Assembly: GCA_000934665.2 (NCBI GenBank)
Contig: KZ538094.1
Location: 1 to 64,000 of the forward strand
Direction: 5' to 3'
DNA from: Catajapyx aquilonaris
Lineage: Eukaryota
Length of the DNA: 64,000 bases
Made by a program: the position numbers and the translations under genes. A model generated the notes under the pieces. The model was not told the DNA's origin, ran no database searches, and worked only from the letters and a program-made list of their open reading frames with translations. Below are positions 37,501 to 49,200 of this stretch, piece after piece (within the stretch, counting starts at the first letter, position 1; every line of letters begins with the position of its first letter).

Positions 37501-40500
37501 AAAATTGAGTTAGGCCATGCGATGATCAAATTAGTTTAATATCTGCTATATAGACTATCAATTAAGTTCTTTTTTTAATGGTAAAAAATTCTCATAAAGT
37601 GGTATGTATAATCTTCAACAGGGAACCCTCTCGCAAATATTCAAATGTCACACTCAGCGTTCTGCATTTTAGGTATTCATATAGCTTAACTTGAACGTGA
37701 CAACATCTCTAAACTAGTATGCTTTTCGCCTTACAGAAAAGTCCCTTGTCACACCCTAAACTTGAGTCATCCAGCACGTATGCCACTCATACTTTTGGAT
37801 GTTCGTGTCAAACATCCAAATGCCCGCATTAAAACACACTCCCAAGAATACTTGGCACGAGATTTCCTGATTAGTCCAACACATTATCCTAATGTTTGAG
37901 GTCAGAAGCCAACCCGTGCAAAAGAATGAATAATCTCCGCGCGTGCGTTCCTCGTCGCAGATGTGCTGCGAGACTTGTGTCGCCATTGCCACCCAATATG
38001 CAAACGCAATCCTGACATTATTACACCGACGACTATGTCACTTGACGGGTGACACCATGCCAAGGCTTGCGGTAGGTCAACATACGAGCCTACAAATCGA
38101 CAAAATTCAAGGCTATAATCACTCTTAATTTATTCAAATTATACCCCCATACCAGTCGCATGTGCAAAACAGAGTGGGTGATGTGGGACCTCGCCTTTAG
38201 ACTGTTTCGAAGCATTACCTTCCACATATCTCATAGAGAGTATAACCCCTCCTGGCTGCTTATCCGGTTTGATTAGTCCCTCCAGCAGGTGGGGCTGGAA
38301 CAGGGGAGGGGAGGATGACCTGAGGGTTCCAGCCCGCAGATACTGTATTATATACCCGAGGGGGTGACCACGCTTGTGTGGTCCTCCCCAACCTAAAAAG
38401 GGGAGCGTTATTGTTATTTTTCAGGTCATCACGTGCTGTAACCTCGATTGAGCAACAGCAGGTGTAGAAGTTAGACCTCCTTTTGTGACACCCAGTACCG
38501 TGTCCTGCAGCGAATTGACTATTTAGCAAAGCTCATGTTGAGAGTTTTTTGAAGGGTCCGTAATAACTAGCTCACTAAATTCCTGTTGCCTGTCGCTGAC
38601 GCCCACTCACGGCTGTTTTAAAGCCGGGCATAAGTGCCACGGAATAGGAAAACATGGGGATATGGATGGCTAAAGAGAAGCAGCTGCGCCTGGGGAAGGA
38701 AGAAAACCATTTGAGTTTTGTTGGGGAAAAATGGAGACGGTCCTGGGCAGATTAATGACAGCCTTTGTCATCTTCCAGGCGAGGACGCCAACCCGGAAAA
38801 GCAAGCGAGTTCGTTCATCCAGCAGACGATTGCTGCCATAAGGGCATAAGTAATAACCCAAGTCGCATACTTGTTCGTCGGCACGTACTGCCAAGGCTGT
38901 ATCGGCGATTTTTAAGAGGGAATAAAAGGCGGGATATAGCCAAAGGGTGCGGGGTTGCCAATTGTGAGGGATATCGGCTCTTCGTATGCATGTGGCATCT
39001 CTGCGACAATCTCATGGTATGTTCAACCAATGAACAATACTTGAGGTGGTTCACATAAAGCAGGATTGGCAATGAGCAGCTAGTGACGTATGACTAAATC
39101 AGTCTGACAGAATAATAATCGGATTCTTGATGCAATTTTACGGGCCAGCCACAGAAGCATTGCCAGCTCAGCAGGATATCGTACCTTGTGAATAAGACGT
39201 AGTATGGTTGGGGGTGAAGACCATGACCTCTGCACTAAGTCAACCCTACAGTGGAAATCGCGCTGGTGTGGTGCTTAGCAGCCACTTGATCAGCAGTTAC
39301 GGTGCCAAACACTGTTATACGCATGTAATCATACATGGCTGATTTAACCCAAGCAACATATGTACAGTACTTCCGGACTGCGTGGTAGACAGACCAACCA
39401 CGCCCAATTCTAATGAATGTATGCATTTGCATACAGGCCCGGGATCGCATGTTTGAAGCTTCACTTCTAATCCTGAAGCGTGCTGGAATGCTACGAGGAC
39501 AATACCAGTGTATCAGGGACCCCGTGACAAGCGTGTCTAAAAGGAGCATATAAAGCCTAATATAGGATGGGGAGGTAAGAGAGGGCCGGAGATAGGCAGT
39601 CCTCTACTCCCAATTAAAAATACTCCCTCTCCCCATCCACCCCGGGCTTTCGTCTTCCTTCCTTGACCCACCTATCTTGCCTCTAATTAGCCTCTTGCAC
39701 TATCGGTACTATGGCTTCTCTTCCTCCCGGAAATTTCCTCTTTACGTCGCAACGTTTTCCGCTGTGCATAGACCCAGCGTAGATATGTCTGGCACATTCA
39801 ACTCGGGAAATTGCTCCTTTATTGTCTCGTTACGTCATGAGTGCGCTAATGACGATTAATGACGCCAATTTCGGCGCCACGTTTGAAGTCGGTGATATTA
39901 TAGTTACACGGAGGAACGTCCGACCCAGCAAAACTCATAAAACTAACCTGGACCATCATCTCCTTTTGTCTTTGTCCTAAGGTTCTGCTGAATACGTATG
40001 AACACTTGCGCCTACAGCCCTACATCATGAGGGTTGAGTTCATCATCTTTCATGTGGAAGGGGAGAAGGAACGCATTCTGATGCGGTCACTAGTATGACA
40101 TCCGTGAGGCCAGAAGGCAGTCCTGCAGGGGAAGAAGTCCCAAAAAGGGCTGCGACATGAATTATTTATTAACGAATGAATGCCATGTTCGGTATTTGCA
40201 TATAGGTTTGTTGGCAGAGATGCATGACAACGGACTGATTACTCAGCGTGTGCATAATCGCAAGTAATATTTACTCGAGGACTATAGCTTTGTACCGATA
40301 GTAGTCCTGCACTAGCATGCAAGTTGCGTCACATCCTGAGTGATTTGGTGACCGGTCGAAACGTAACCTGCCAGTTACAGTAAGGAAATGGAGTAGGGTA
40401 TCGTGCTCTATCTGTAAACGAGTTTGGGGCTAAATCAACCCGACTTATTAGTATGCAGAAGAGTATCCTGAAAAAAATTCCATCAGCAATATCCCAAATT

Positions 40501-42933
40501 GATGGCAACTTGAGGAGCGATAGAGAACCTAGCAATAGCAGATAAGGCTAACAAGAAACAACGCAACGGTTCGTCTGCACGTAATCCTCCAGCATTCAAA
40601 GAGTCAAGAACTACTTTCTGTAAATGGGCATCGAAATAAGGTGGTTTTTCCGGTCCCGATCCTTTCTGACTACAGAAATTTAGACTTCTGCTTCCTAGTG
40701 TCAAGGCGCCGCCGAGTCAAGTGCAAAGATCTCGCCCTATATTTCTTATCTTTTTTGTCTCACCTGAACGCCCACAGGTAGCCATATACTTTCCAACATT
40801 TCCGGCATGCTCTGATGTGGATGCAACTAGTGTAGACTATTTGTTACGGTGCCCTTGTTCATCAGAGGTCTAGGGACCAACAAACGGTATTCAAGTCTAG
40901 GCCAGCCAAGTTTCATGCGCAACGTGGTGCGCATTATTGACCACCTTCATTAAGACACCTCGAAGTGTCCACAAATAATAATAAAAAACAAAAGAAACCT
41001 GTTGCTAAATTTCCTTATCGGCGTGAGGCCTTATTTGTTATCTCGAAACCAAACGTCGGAACTATCTCGGCAATAACTTTCCAGGCGAGAAATTGAACTA
41101 ATTTGCACACTGATGAAAGGAGACGGATCTGTCAAGGCAGGAGATAGGATAAAAATAGTGTCCAACGAAGCCATTAATCAACGTGGCTTCAGTCTTTCGT
41201 AATGAGAAAGAAGAAAAAAACGCCAAAGTCAATTGCATGCACATTCGGACCGAGAGAGACAGACCCTATTTACTCCTGGATAGGTCATAATTCATGGCGA
41301 CGGAATACTCGAAACGGATCTGTAAGTTCTTATCTTGTGAATGATGTACGAGAGTTTTTAACACCTTTAGTTACGCCTAAGTTATCCATCCGTGTAATGA
41401 TAGGGAACTTTGGAATAGACCGCCGTGTGAGTTAACCATACCCTGTGTTCCGCAACAGTCCACAATTACACTGTTACCGATTTTAATTGTCCCAACAACC
41501 CCTATACTTCTGATGAATATTAGTATCGCAACCTCCACTGTTCCAAAGTGGCGAAAGAGAGCCCACAAAGCCCCCAAAAAACAACAAAAAGCAATGGGAA
41601 GTGGCGAAGTGTTGGTTGTGAGGTTCCCTGCGGCGCGCAAGGTAACCAAGTGGAAAATGGCGCCCTCCGTCAACGACACCGGATTTACGAGTATGCCCCA
41701 GGGGAGGCACGAGGGGGTGAAGAGGGGTGAAGGGGCCTACGAGTGGGGTCAGCATCCTCCCTATGCCCATAATTCCCCGGATTAGGAGCCTGGATGGGCC
41801 GGATTGGCCGCCAGAGTCTTTCCATCCAGTCAGGATTGCTGGATCTGACTAGACTGAATGTAAATTATCCTCCTTTACGTGAACCCTGCCGGCTCGCTTC
41901 ATACCTTACGTGCTAGTTTATTTCACGTCCCCCCCCCCCATCCTACCTGCCTCCCTTCTTCCCCTATCCTCTTCCCCAATGCTGATTCACACCGCCCTTG
42001 GTTCTCTTCTACTTTGATTTGCATTTTGGAAGGGGATAGTTGCTAGGGTTGTCAGTCTCTATATCGGATGTGATTTTTCTAGTGCGAAGAAACATATGTT
42101 GTATGGGGATTAAAAAGAGCTTATGCTCAATCGTGAAGGGGTTGTCCGGATCTATTAATTCTAACGGGATCTGAAGCGTCAAACATCTTCTAGTTTTAAG
42201 TCAGAGAAGCCACTATTTGTAGATTATACTTGTAAATTAGGGCCGGTTTTGTCAACTGAAATTAAGAAACAATCTCCGTTCACACATTGCGACTATGTAA
42301 ACTATATTCGGAGATTTTCTCTAATTTGTCCCCAACCAATCATTTTTGAATGAATTTATTTCATTATATTGGTTGGCTTCTAATGGAATCTTCTTCCATT
42401 TTCTTCCCCACTTATTCCATTCACATTTCACTCTATAAAAGGATTTCATCTAAATATTTTACACATTTATCATGGAATCATAATAATCACTAAAGCTGCA
42501 TTCTCAGAAATGCAATGGAGCAAAAAATATACATTTCAATATGTGTAATGTCACTCTCATGTCCACTGCATAAAACGGAGTTTGCACATGAAGAGGAAAA
42601 GCATTTTTCTTCCATGATCAGAAATAATGTAGCCTTAAAAAGCTAGGGGGGAAGAGAGATTTTCGTCCTACTCCTAACATACTGCTAAAGCTACCGCTAG
42701 CCACTTCTAACTATACGGATCCGTCCCCAGTTACAGTGGCATGGAATTTTCGTCTGAGTGCTAAGCACAGTTAATAATAGTTACTGCTAACTCCGTAGAA
42801 GGATCAGACGACACTGTTCTGATGATTGCAGAATTCTAACATTAGATTTTAGTCCAACAAAGCGACCCAAAATTTCGGCTCGCATGCATTGCATTATATA
42901 CTACTGTAGCCCTGTAGGTCATTATGGTGGATC

Positions 42934-43312
42934 TAGAGAGGCTCTAACTTGTAAGAAGAGAGTCGCCAACTTATCATGTAAGGTCGTCTCTGATTGGCTG
43001 GAGTCATTTTGGAGTGTTTATACGTGTCCTATGGAGGCCGCAATCGTGAATTGCTATGGACACAGTATTCTAAAACCGTGGAATGCCCTCGCACAATTTG
43101 GATGCAGCCAGAAGGCCTGAACTACAATCGATATCGATCGTGACGTCAGAACCGGCCACCGTTTCCACGGTTTTAGAATACCGTACTGTTTCCATAGTAA
43201 TTCAAGATGGCGGCCTCCATTGATAGGACACGTAAACACTCCAAAATGACTCCAGCCAATCACAGACGACCTTACACAATAAGTTGGCGACTCTCTTCTT
43301 CAAAGCTCTCTA
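42934..43312. mobile_element. Palindromic MITE with an 11-bp TSD (Mutator-like)
   Basis: TAGAGAG...CTCTCTA ends; inverted arms of ~150 bp; TSD TATGGTGGATC; the empty site is visible in the right arm of the duplication (~47640-47660). Confidence 0.88.
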
Positions 43313-43416
43313 TATGGTGGATCAGATGGTGACGCAAGAATACGGTATATGACCAAGTAATTGGGGCAAAAAATCTGATTATATTGCTCCACCAACGTAA
43401 CCCAAACGCCAAACCG

Positions 43417-43615
43417 CAGGGGTCGAAATATTCGGATGCAAAGGTGCAATTTGCACTCCAAACTGAGCGTTGGGGTGCAAAGTTTGCACTTCAGTTGGTT
43501 CTGCTTTTTAGCGTAGCTTAACACAGTAGTTAAAAATTAAGCACTCCAAGTAAATAATTTGCACTCCAGCTGAAAGTGTGGATCAGAAACAAAATAAAAT
43601 AAAATTCCACCCCTG
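43417..43615. mobile_element. Small hAT-like MITE
   Basis: CAGGGGTCGAA / TTCCACCCCTG; flanks AAACCG/AAACTG; internal TTTGCACT repeats; absent from the right arm. Confidence 0.7.
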
Positions 43616-44071
43616 AAACTGGATTAATATATTTTACGACCCAAAATGTTGGGTTCACAAAGTTATCCGAACATTTTGGTTATTTTTAAAAACCCAAATG
43701 ACCTCTGGGACTGCTGCTGGGTTACTTTTATTTTGTTTATTTTTAGAATTGTGTTATTCTGCTTTTGTGTGTAGTTAGTCTTAACTTACTGGCCAGTCTA
43801 TTAACTTGTAGTACTATTTTATTTATTTTACCTCACATGTATTTTTTAAAACATTATGATCATTTATTACCTTGCATTTCCGCCCTGCTTAGTCCTTTAA
43901 AAATGCATTTGAAATTATTTTATACGGTTGTCATTACTTCATTCCCTGGTTTCCATGCACAGTACCTACACTAGCACCCCTCACACACAGATAATACAGT
44001 AATAATATACTGAACGTCTGACCCACGTTTGGTGGAACCTTTTATTCTTGTTTAGTACACTATGCCATTTT

Positions 44072-44490
44072 CTACAAGGGGATGAACCACGAAACGGCGG
44101 TAACGCGCCATTTGGTTGCTTCCTCCAGGATGGTCGGCGTGTCCAACCAACGCCCTACATTCTCCACAAGACCTGCAATAGTGCAATAATGCATCCCATT
44201 ACACTCTGTAGATACTGTATATCAGTTTATACTGGCAGGCATCGTTCACACTTAGACTACTGTTAGTGAGCAGTGTAACATGACGGCTACTCACCCCTTT
44301 TCGTGTCATCGTTATCTGGCATACACTTTCTGCATATGCAGCAAATGCGCTGCTTAGCATCTAATTCTGCAAAAGTGCACAGAAAGTACACATTATAAGT
44401 TAGTATGAGTTGCGGGTACAGGAATGCGTGTGACACCTCCTTCACTTGCCCTAATGACTGAACTAAATGTGCCTTACCTTGTGCCTCCAT
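44072..44490 (-). CDS. Unknown CxCxxC microprotein A, 61 aa, three exons: join(44478..44490,44295..44366,44072..44172)
   Basis: MEAQELDAKQRICCICRKCMPDNDDTKRGLVENVGRWLDTPTILEEATKWRVTAVSWFIPL*. Introns are GTAAGG..TACTAAC..TTTTGCAG (111 nt) and GTGAGT..ATTGCAG (122 nt); AATAAA at 44046-44041; paralogous to protein B. Confidence 0.8.
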
Positions 44491-46139
44491 CGTCCCAACA
44501 GTGCCAATACTCTATCCTATCTGCAAAATAAGATTGGTGCCAACCCGTGCCAACAGTGCAGTGGTGTGAACGGGTGTGAAACATGAAAAGCCAACAAAGC
44601 CAATCACGCCAAGTCGCCAACAAGTGTACCCAACCGTCACACTGTTGCCAAGGTGTTGGGTTAACTTTGTGAACTCGGGTCGTAAATTAACCCAGTTTGG
44701 GTTACATTGGGAGCAATAATTATGTAATCAGATTTTTTGCCACAATTATTTGGTCATATTATTACGTCACCATCTGATCCACCATATAAGGGATACCGGT
44801 ATAGCTGATATTTTTGATAACTTCCTACGAATAACTGTTCGAAAATAACTGCCGCTTAATAACAAGCAACGTAGATCCAAATTAATCGATATCTAATATG
44901 CCATGTGCCTATAGCACATTTAGAATCGTATCTGGAACACACCATTTTAAACTATAGCCTAAATAGACTACTTGATACTGTTCATCCTGTTATACAGTAA
45001 GAAAGTTTACAAGATAGTCTGGCAATGCAGTGCCTTGCAGTTGCGCGCTTCGTGAATAGCTATTATTACCAAGTCAGTTTAATAAAGATATAATTCCTCT
45101 CTTTATTTGACTCAATGTCTGGACTCTTCATTATGATTACCTAGGCCATTCAAAACAATAACAGAGGCCACTTTCGTGATGCAGGTTAAGAGATCTTCCG
45201 CGTCATTAATTAGACCTGTACGAGCGCAATTCAAACAGCTAATAAAAATTTGTCTTCGTGTGATCGGTATGACATGTTCCTAACTTTATTTTAGGTGACG
45301 TGCCAACTCTTATGATTTTAACTAGGCCACATGGGAGGCACTGAAACATATGCCCATATTGGGATGGGGTCAGAGGTCACTCCGATGGAGGACACGGTCT
45401 CTGACGTCGGCGACGCGACGCCTAGAGTGAAACGTGTCTGGTGACCTGCAATTAAAATATCAATGCTATCGACATTCGTTGACATTAGTGGATGAGAAAT
45501 GACAATTCTCCCAGATCATGTTCCTATGTCAGTGCTAGGCATTAATAATTATTATTCAGGCGTCAGTTACACTAAGTGAAGGCCCAATAACCGAATTATG
45601 GATGGCACCACGGATAGTCCACCAGTTCCAAGTCACGTCCTCGTCCACGTCTTCCGCCATCACCCACGAGCCCTCCGTCACGACATTCTAACTCTGACGA
45701 CGACAAATAATAATCAGTCCTAGGACGTTACTAGTATAAGCTGTTATTGCGCTTTACCAGGTGAAAATAATAACTTCTTCCCTAAGTCGGATCCAAAATG
45801 GCGCATAGCGTGCTAAAAAAAACCGTTTTTCGCCGAAAGTAGCTGCGTATAACGGCTATTTCCGTAAGCAGTAGCAACTTACTGCTAATGTTCACGTGAG
45901 CTTTGCATCTACGTTACCGTACTCTATGATTTGCTTCAATCACAGGTAATGTTGTGGGATACAAATTAATGAATTATTATCCAAGATGGATAGAATACAT
46001 CTTGTTATTATCCCTCCGTCTCGTATAGGTGGAAGGTGGCATGGTTACACTAAGCTGCTACTCTGTCCGAAAAGTAGCTTTCCTTGACTTCTGTAGTTTC
46101 TTGTACAAACCGCCAACTGTAATCGAGGCCCTCGTGCGG

Positions 46140-46581
46140 TAGCGTTGCCAACTTATCGAAATTTCAATGACGGATTTTATGCCACGCGTCAACGGGGAAA
46201 ATGTTGCATTTAGCGGTCAGTTGAATTTTTAACGGATTTATGTAAGGAGTCAATAGGTCGAATTTTCGTATATATTAGCTACCGCTAACAAGAAATGGCC
46301 GTAGAAACCATTGTTGACAACAATGATTTCTACGGCAAAAATTAGCAAGGGGGGCAAAACATGGGCAAAACATCGCATCGGCGAGTTGCGGGAATCGATA
46401 TTCTACCATCTACCTCATTATTACAAATTTTCTCTTCTTTTTGTTTTACCTTAAATCGTGCCTTAAATATATGAGTTTTACCATTTCTGAGCGGTATAAG
46501 GCAAAATAAAATCATTTAGCTGATTTGAGGGGATTTTAAACTTATTTGCTTCAACTGAATTTTTCTCAGTTGGCAACACTG
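46140..46581. mobile_element. hAT-like MITE with a 5-bp TSD
   Basis: TAGCGTTGCCAACT / AGTTGGCAACACTG; TGCGG on both sides. Confidence 0.7.
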
Positions 46582-46724
46582 TGCGGGAACACTGCTGACA
46601 CTGTGGCCAGTGTGACGCTTGGGTACTAGGATGAGAGAAAGAGGATAGACGACACTGAGCTGGGATCCTGCCGTAAAATAACGGTTTCAGCTGTAACAAG
46701 ACTAACAACTGAACTGCGAGACTA

Positions 46725-47161
46725 ATGGAAGGTAATGTATATTTTGATCAGTGTCATGAGGGCAAGTGAAGGAGGCGTCACACAACTGATCATTCGGACC
46801 TGTGCCCGCAATGCATACTAATTTAATTTGTACCTTTTGTGTACTTATACAGCTGCGATTGAACCAGGTATGGCGAAGAAGGAAAAGATGATCATGTGCA
46901 GGTGCCACGAGTGTCTTCACATGAACGACGACACTCGAGCTGGTGAGTACATACACTGCTCATGAGTGTGACACTACTGCATGATACCTGCCGGTATAAA
47001 TGGACATACAGTACCTACAGCGACCTACAGAGTGTAATTGGATGCATATTGCAGGTCTCATTGATGAGAGATATTTTCGACGGTGGGCAGAATCCAAGAA
47101 TGTGATTGAAGAGTCGCGTAAATGGAAGGTCACATCTCTGTCATACTTTTTACCGCTGTAA
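46725..47161 (+). CDS. Unknown CxCxxC microprotein B, 67 aa, three exons: join(46725..46731,46853..46942,47055..47161)
   Basis: MEAAIEPGMAKKEKMIMCRCHECLHMNDDTRAGLIDERYFRRWAESKNVIEESRKWKVTSLSYFLPL*. Introns are GTAATG..TACTAAT..ATACAG (121 nt) and GTGAGT..ATTGCAG (112 nt); ATTAAA at 47170; paralogous to protein A. Confidence 0.8.
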
Positions 47162-47849
47162 AAACGGAAATTAAACAATCCTAAACTAAAGTTAACTTTA
47201 TTATTAGTGTTTTATCTGTGTGTGAGGCATGCTGGTGTACTATACATGGAAACCAGAGGTATGAGTAATGACAGTATCAATGTAAGTTCAAATGCATTTT
47301 TTAATTACTTAACAAAACAGGGGCGGAAATCCAGGTAATAAATGAGATAATAAGTTAACGAATAATACCCATGAGATAAAATATGTAGAATAGAATACAA
47401 GTGAATGAACTGGCCCATAAGATTAATTACACACATAAGCAGCACAACCCAAACTGGGTTTTTAACAATATCCCAGCAATGATTGTCACAGAGGTAATTT
47501 GTGTCAAAATAACCCAAAATGTTGGGTTAACTTTGTGAACCAAAATTTTGGGTCATAAATTAACCCAGTTTGGGTTATGGTGATGGCCCTAAAATACAAT
47601 CAGATTTTTTGACCAAATTAGATCATGATATTACTTCACCATCTGGCCCACCATAATGACCTAAGTCTAATGCTGCAATGCATGCGAAACAAAATTTTGG
47701 GTAGCTTTAATGGGTCACAGACAAACTAATGTCAGTATTTTGCAATCATAAGAGTTTTTTTCCTGGAACTCAAACATGGAACAGTAGTATGCAACAGGTT
47801 AAGTCACACACACAAAAAAAACATAATTTCATATCCACATAACCTTATA

Positions 47850-47980
47850 CAGTTGAGAACCCTTCATTCGAAATTCCAAAATCCTAAAACCTCAAAAATC
47901 CTATTTTTCACATGCATGAATATTCCAAAATCCGAAAGCAGTAATGTTCCAGAACATTTTGGATAAAGGATTCCCAACTG
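47850..47980. mobile_element. Tigger-like MITE
   Basis: TA|CAGTTGAGAACCCTT...AAGGATTCCCAACTG. Confidence 0.6.
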
Positions 47981-48047
47981 TTATAACATTACTATACCAG
48001 CAATGATCACAAGAGCTCTTCACAACTTGACAATTTCTGAGGAAATA

Positions 48048-48217
48048 CAGGGTGACTCTAAAGTCTGGATACATATTTTATGTCATTGGATTGCATTGTT
48101 TGTTGCCAGTTGTGCCAACTCAATCTTCACTGAGTGTCAACAATCTGCTAGTTGGCACAACTGGAAGCCAACAAAGCAATCCAATTGCCTATGTATCCAG
48201 ACTTTAGAGTCACCCTG
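48048..48217. mobile_element. Tc1/mariner-type MITE
   Basis: TA|CAGGGTGACTCTAAAGTCTGGATAC...GTATCCAGACTTTAGAGTCACCCTG|TA. Confidence 0.9.
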
Positions 48218-48439
48218 TATTAGCTATCAGTGTATGTATATTAAGAAATGTAAGTCTTGCTGAATTTCAATCTTGTGCCTGAGAAATAGTGTGTCTTGTA
48301 TTGAGATAACTGGTCAAAGCACTAGTCCCTATATTTGCTGCAGTGTAATAATCAAAATCCAGTGCCTATCATCATGTGGTACATGTTCACCCATAATAGC
48401 CCTACAGTCCTACATCCTACATGACTGCAGGACTGAGGC

Positions 48440-49200
48440 TTCATGAGTTCAGCAGTTGTGTACTGAGGAGGTCTTCAGGTTTTTCTTTACCACAGTCCAT
48501 AGTACAGTACTAATAATACTGTTCAGTCGTGTAAGTGTGAAATCTCTTCTCAGAAATGAAAATCTGAATGACAAGTTTCAGCACATAGGCATAATGTATT
48601 CACAAAAATTGTTAACCTCCAGCAGTAGACATATCCTAAATCTAGCCTAGCAGTATCCTAAATCATTCAAGGGACAGCTCTGCTTAACATCACATTCAGA
48701 CTCATCCATATTTCCAGTTAAACTGTCACAAGCTGTTATTTATATGACTGTTAATTTCTGTTGTCTCATTTTCAGTTGTGGCTTTTCTAATATTTTTCTT
48801 TTCACTTAGGCAAAACCTGCACATGCTGTCTAATAGCTTGAAAATGACTCCACAAAACCAATAAGTGTAATGAGACCAAAGTTATCACCTGCTATTTGGA
48901 AATAGGTTGCTTTGACTTTTCTTTTGCTGCCACTGCACTGGGCAAATTCAGAAAAACACCATTTTCCTGCAAGTCATTCAAGTCTCGCAAGAGTGGCTCC
49001 ATGATTGGTGTGTAAGAGTACAATACTTGGAGACATCTATAAGTATGAGTGCATTTGTGCAGCAAAACAATAATATTCAGCTGTGAATTAAGCCAAGGTG
49101 GTAAATCGTTTACATCCCAACAAACATAACCTTGCTTATGAAGGGTCTTGGGCAAGACCAGTGGATTAGCTACTTCCACATCATCCCTATGTGATGTGCT
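48440..49200 (-). pseudogene. EnSpm/CACTA-type transposase relic
   Basis: DDVEVANPL, NDLPPWLNSQL, IMEPLLRDLNDLQENGV, VKQSCPLNDLGY and FTLTRLNSII, in the order seen in animal EnSpm-like transposases; heavily broken. Confidence 0.7.

Larger units (their letters stand above)
42820..47755. repeat. Long diverged inverted duplication: arms ~42820-44645 and ~46605-47755
   Basis: Collinear reverse-complement similarity along both arms (e.g. CGCATGCATTGCA, GGTCATTATGGTGG, AAAATGCATTTGAA, CCTCACACACAGATAA, CCTCCTTCACTTGCCCT, CAGTGTGACG(G/C)TTGGGTAC). The left arm carries two extra insertions. Confidence 0.9.

Noticed and set aside
34004..41800. Overlapping 100-160 aa ORFs at 34.0-34.6, 35.5-37.0 and 41.4-41.8 kb
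   Set aside because: No recognisable domains, open on both strands in GC-richer patches, and no coherent exon chain.
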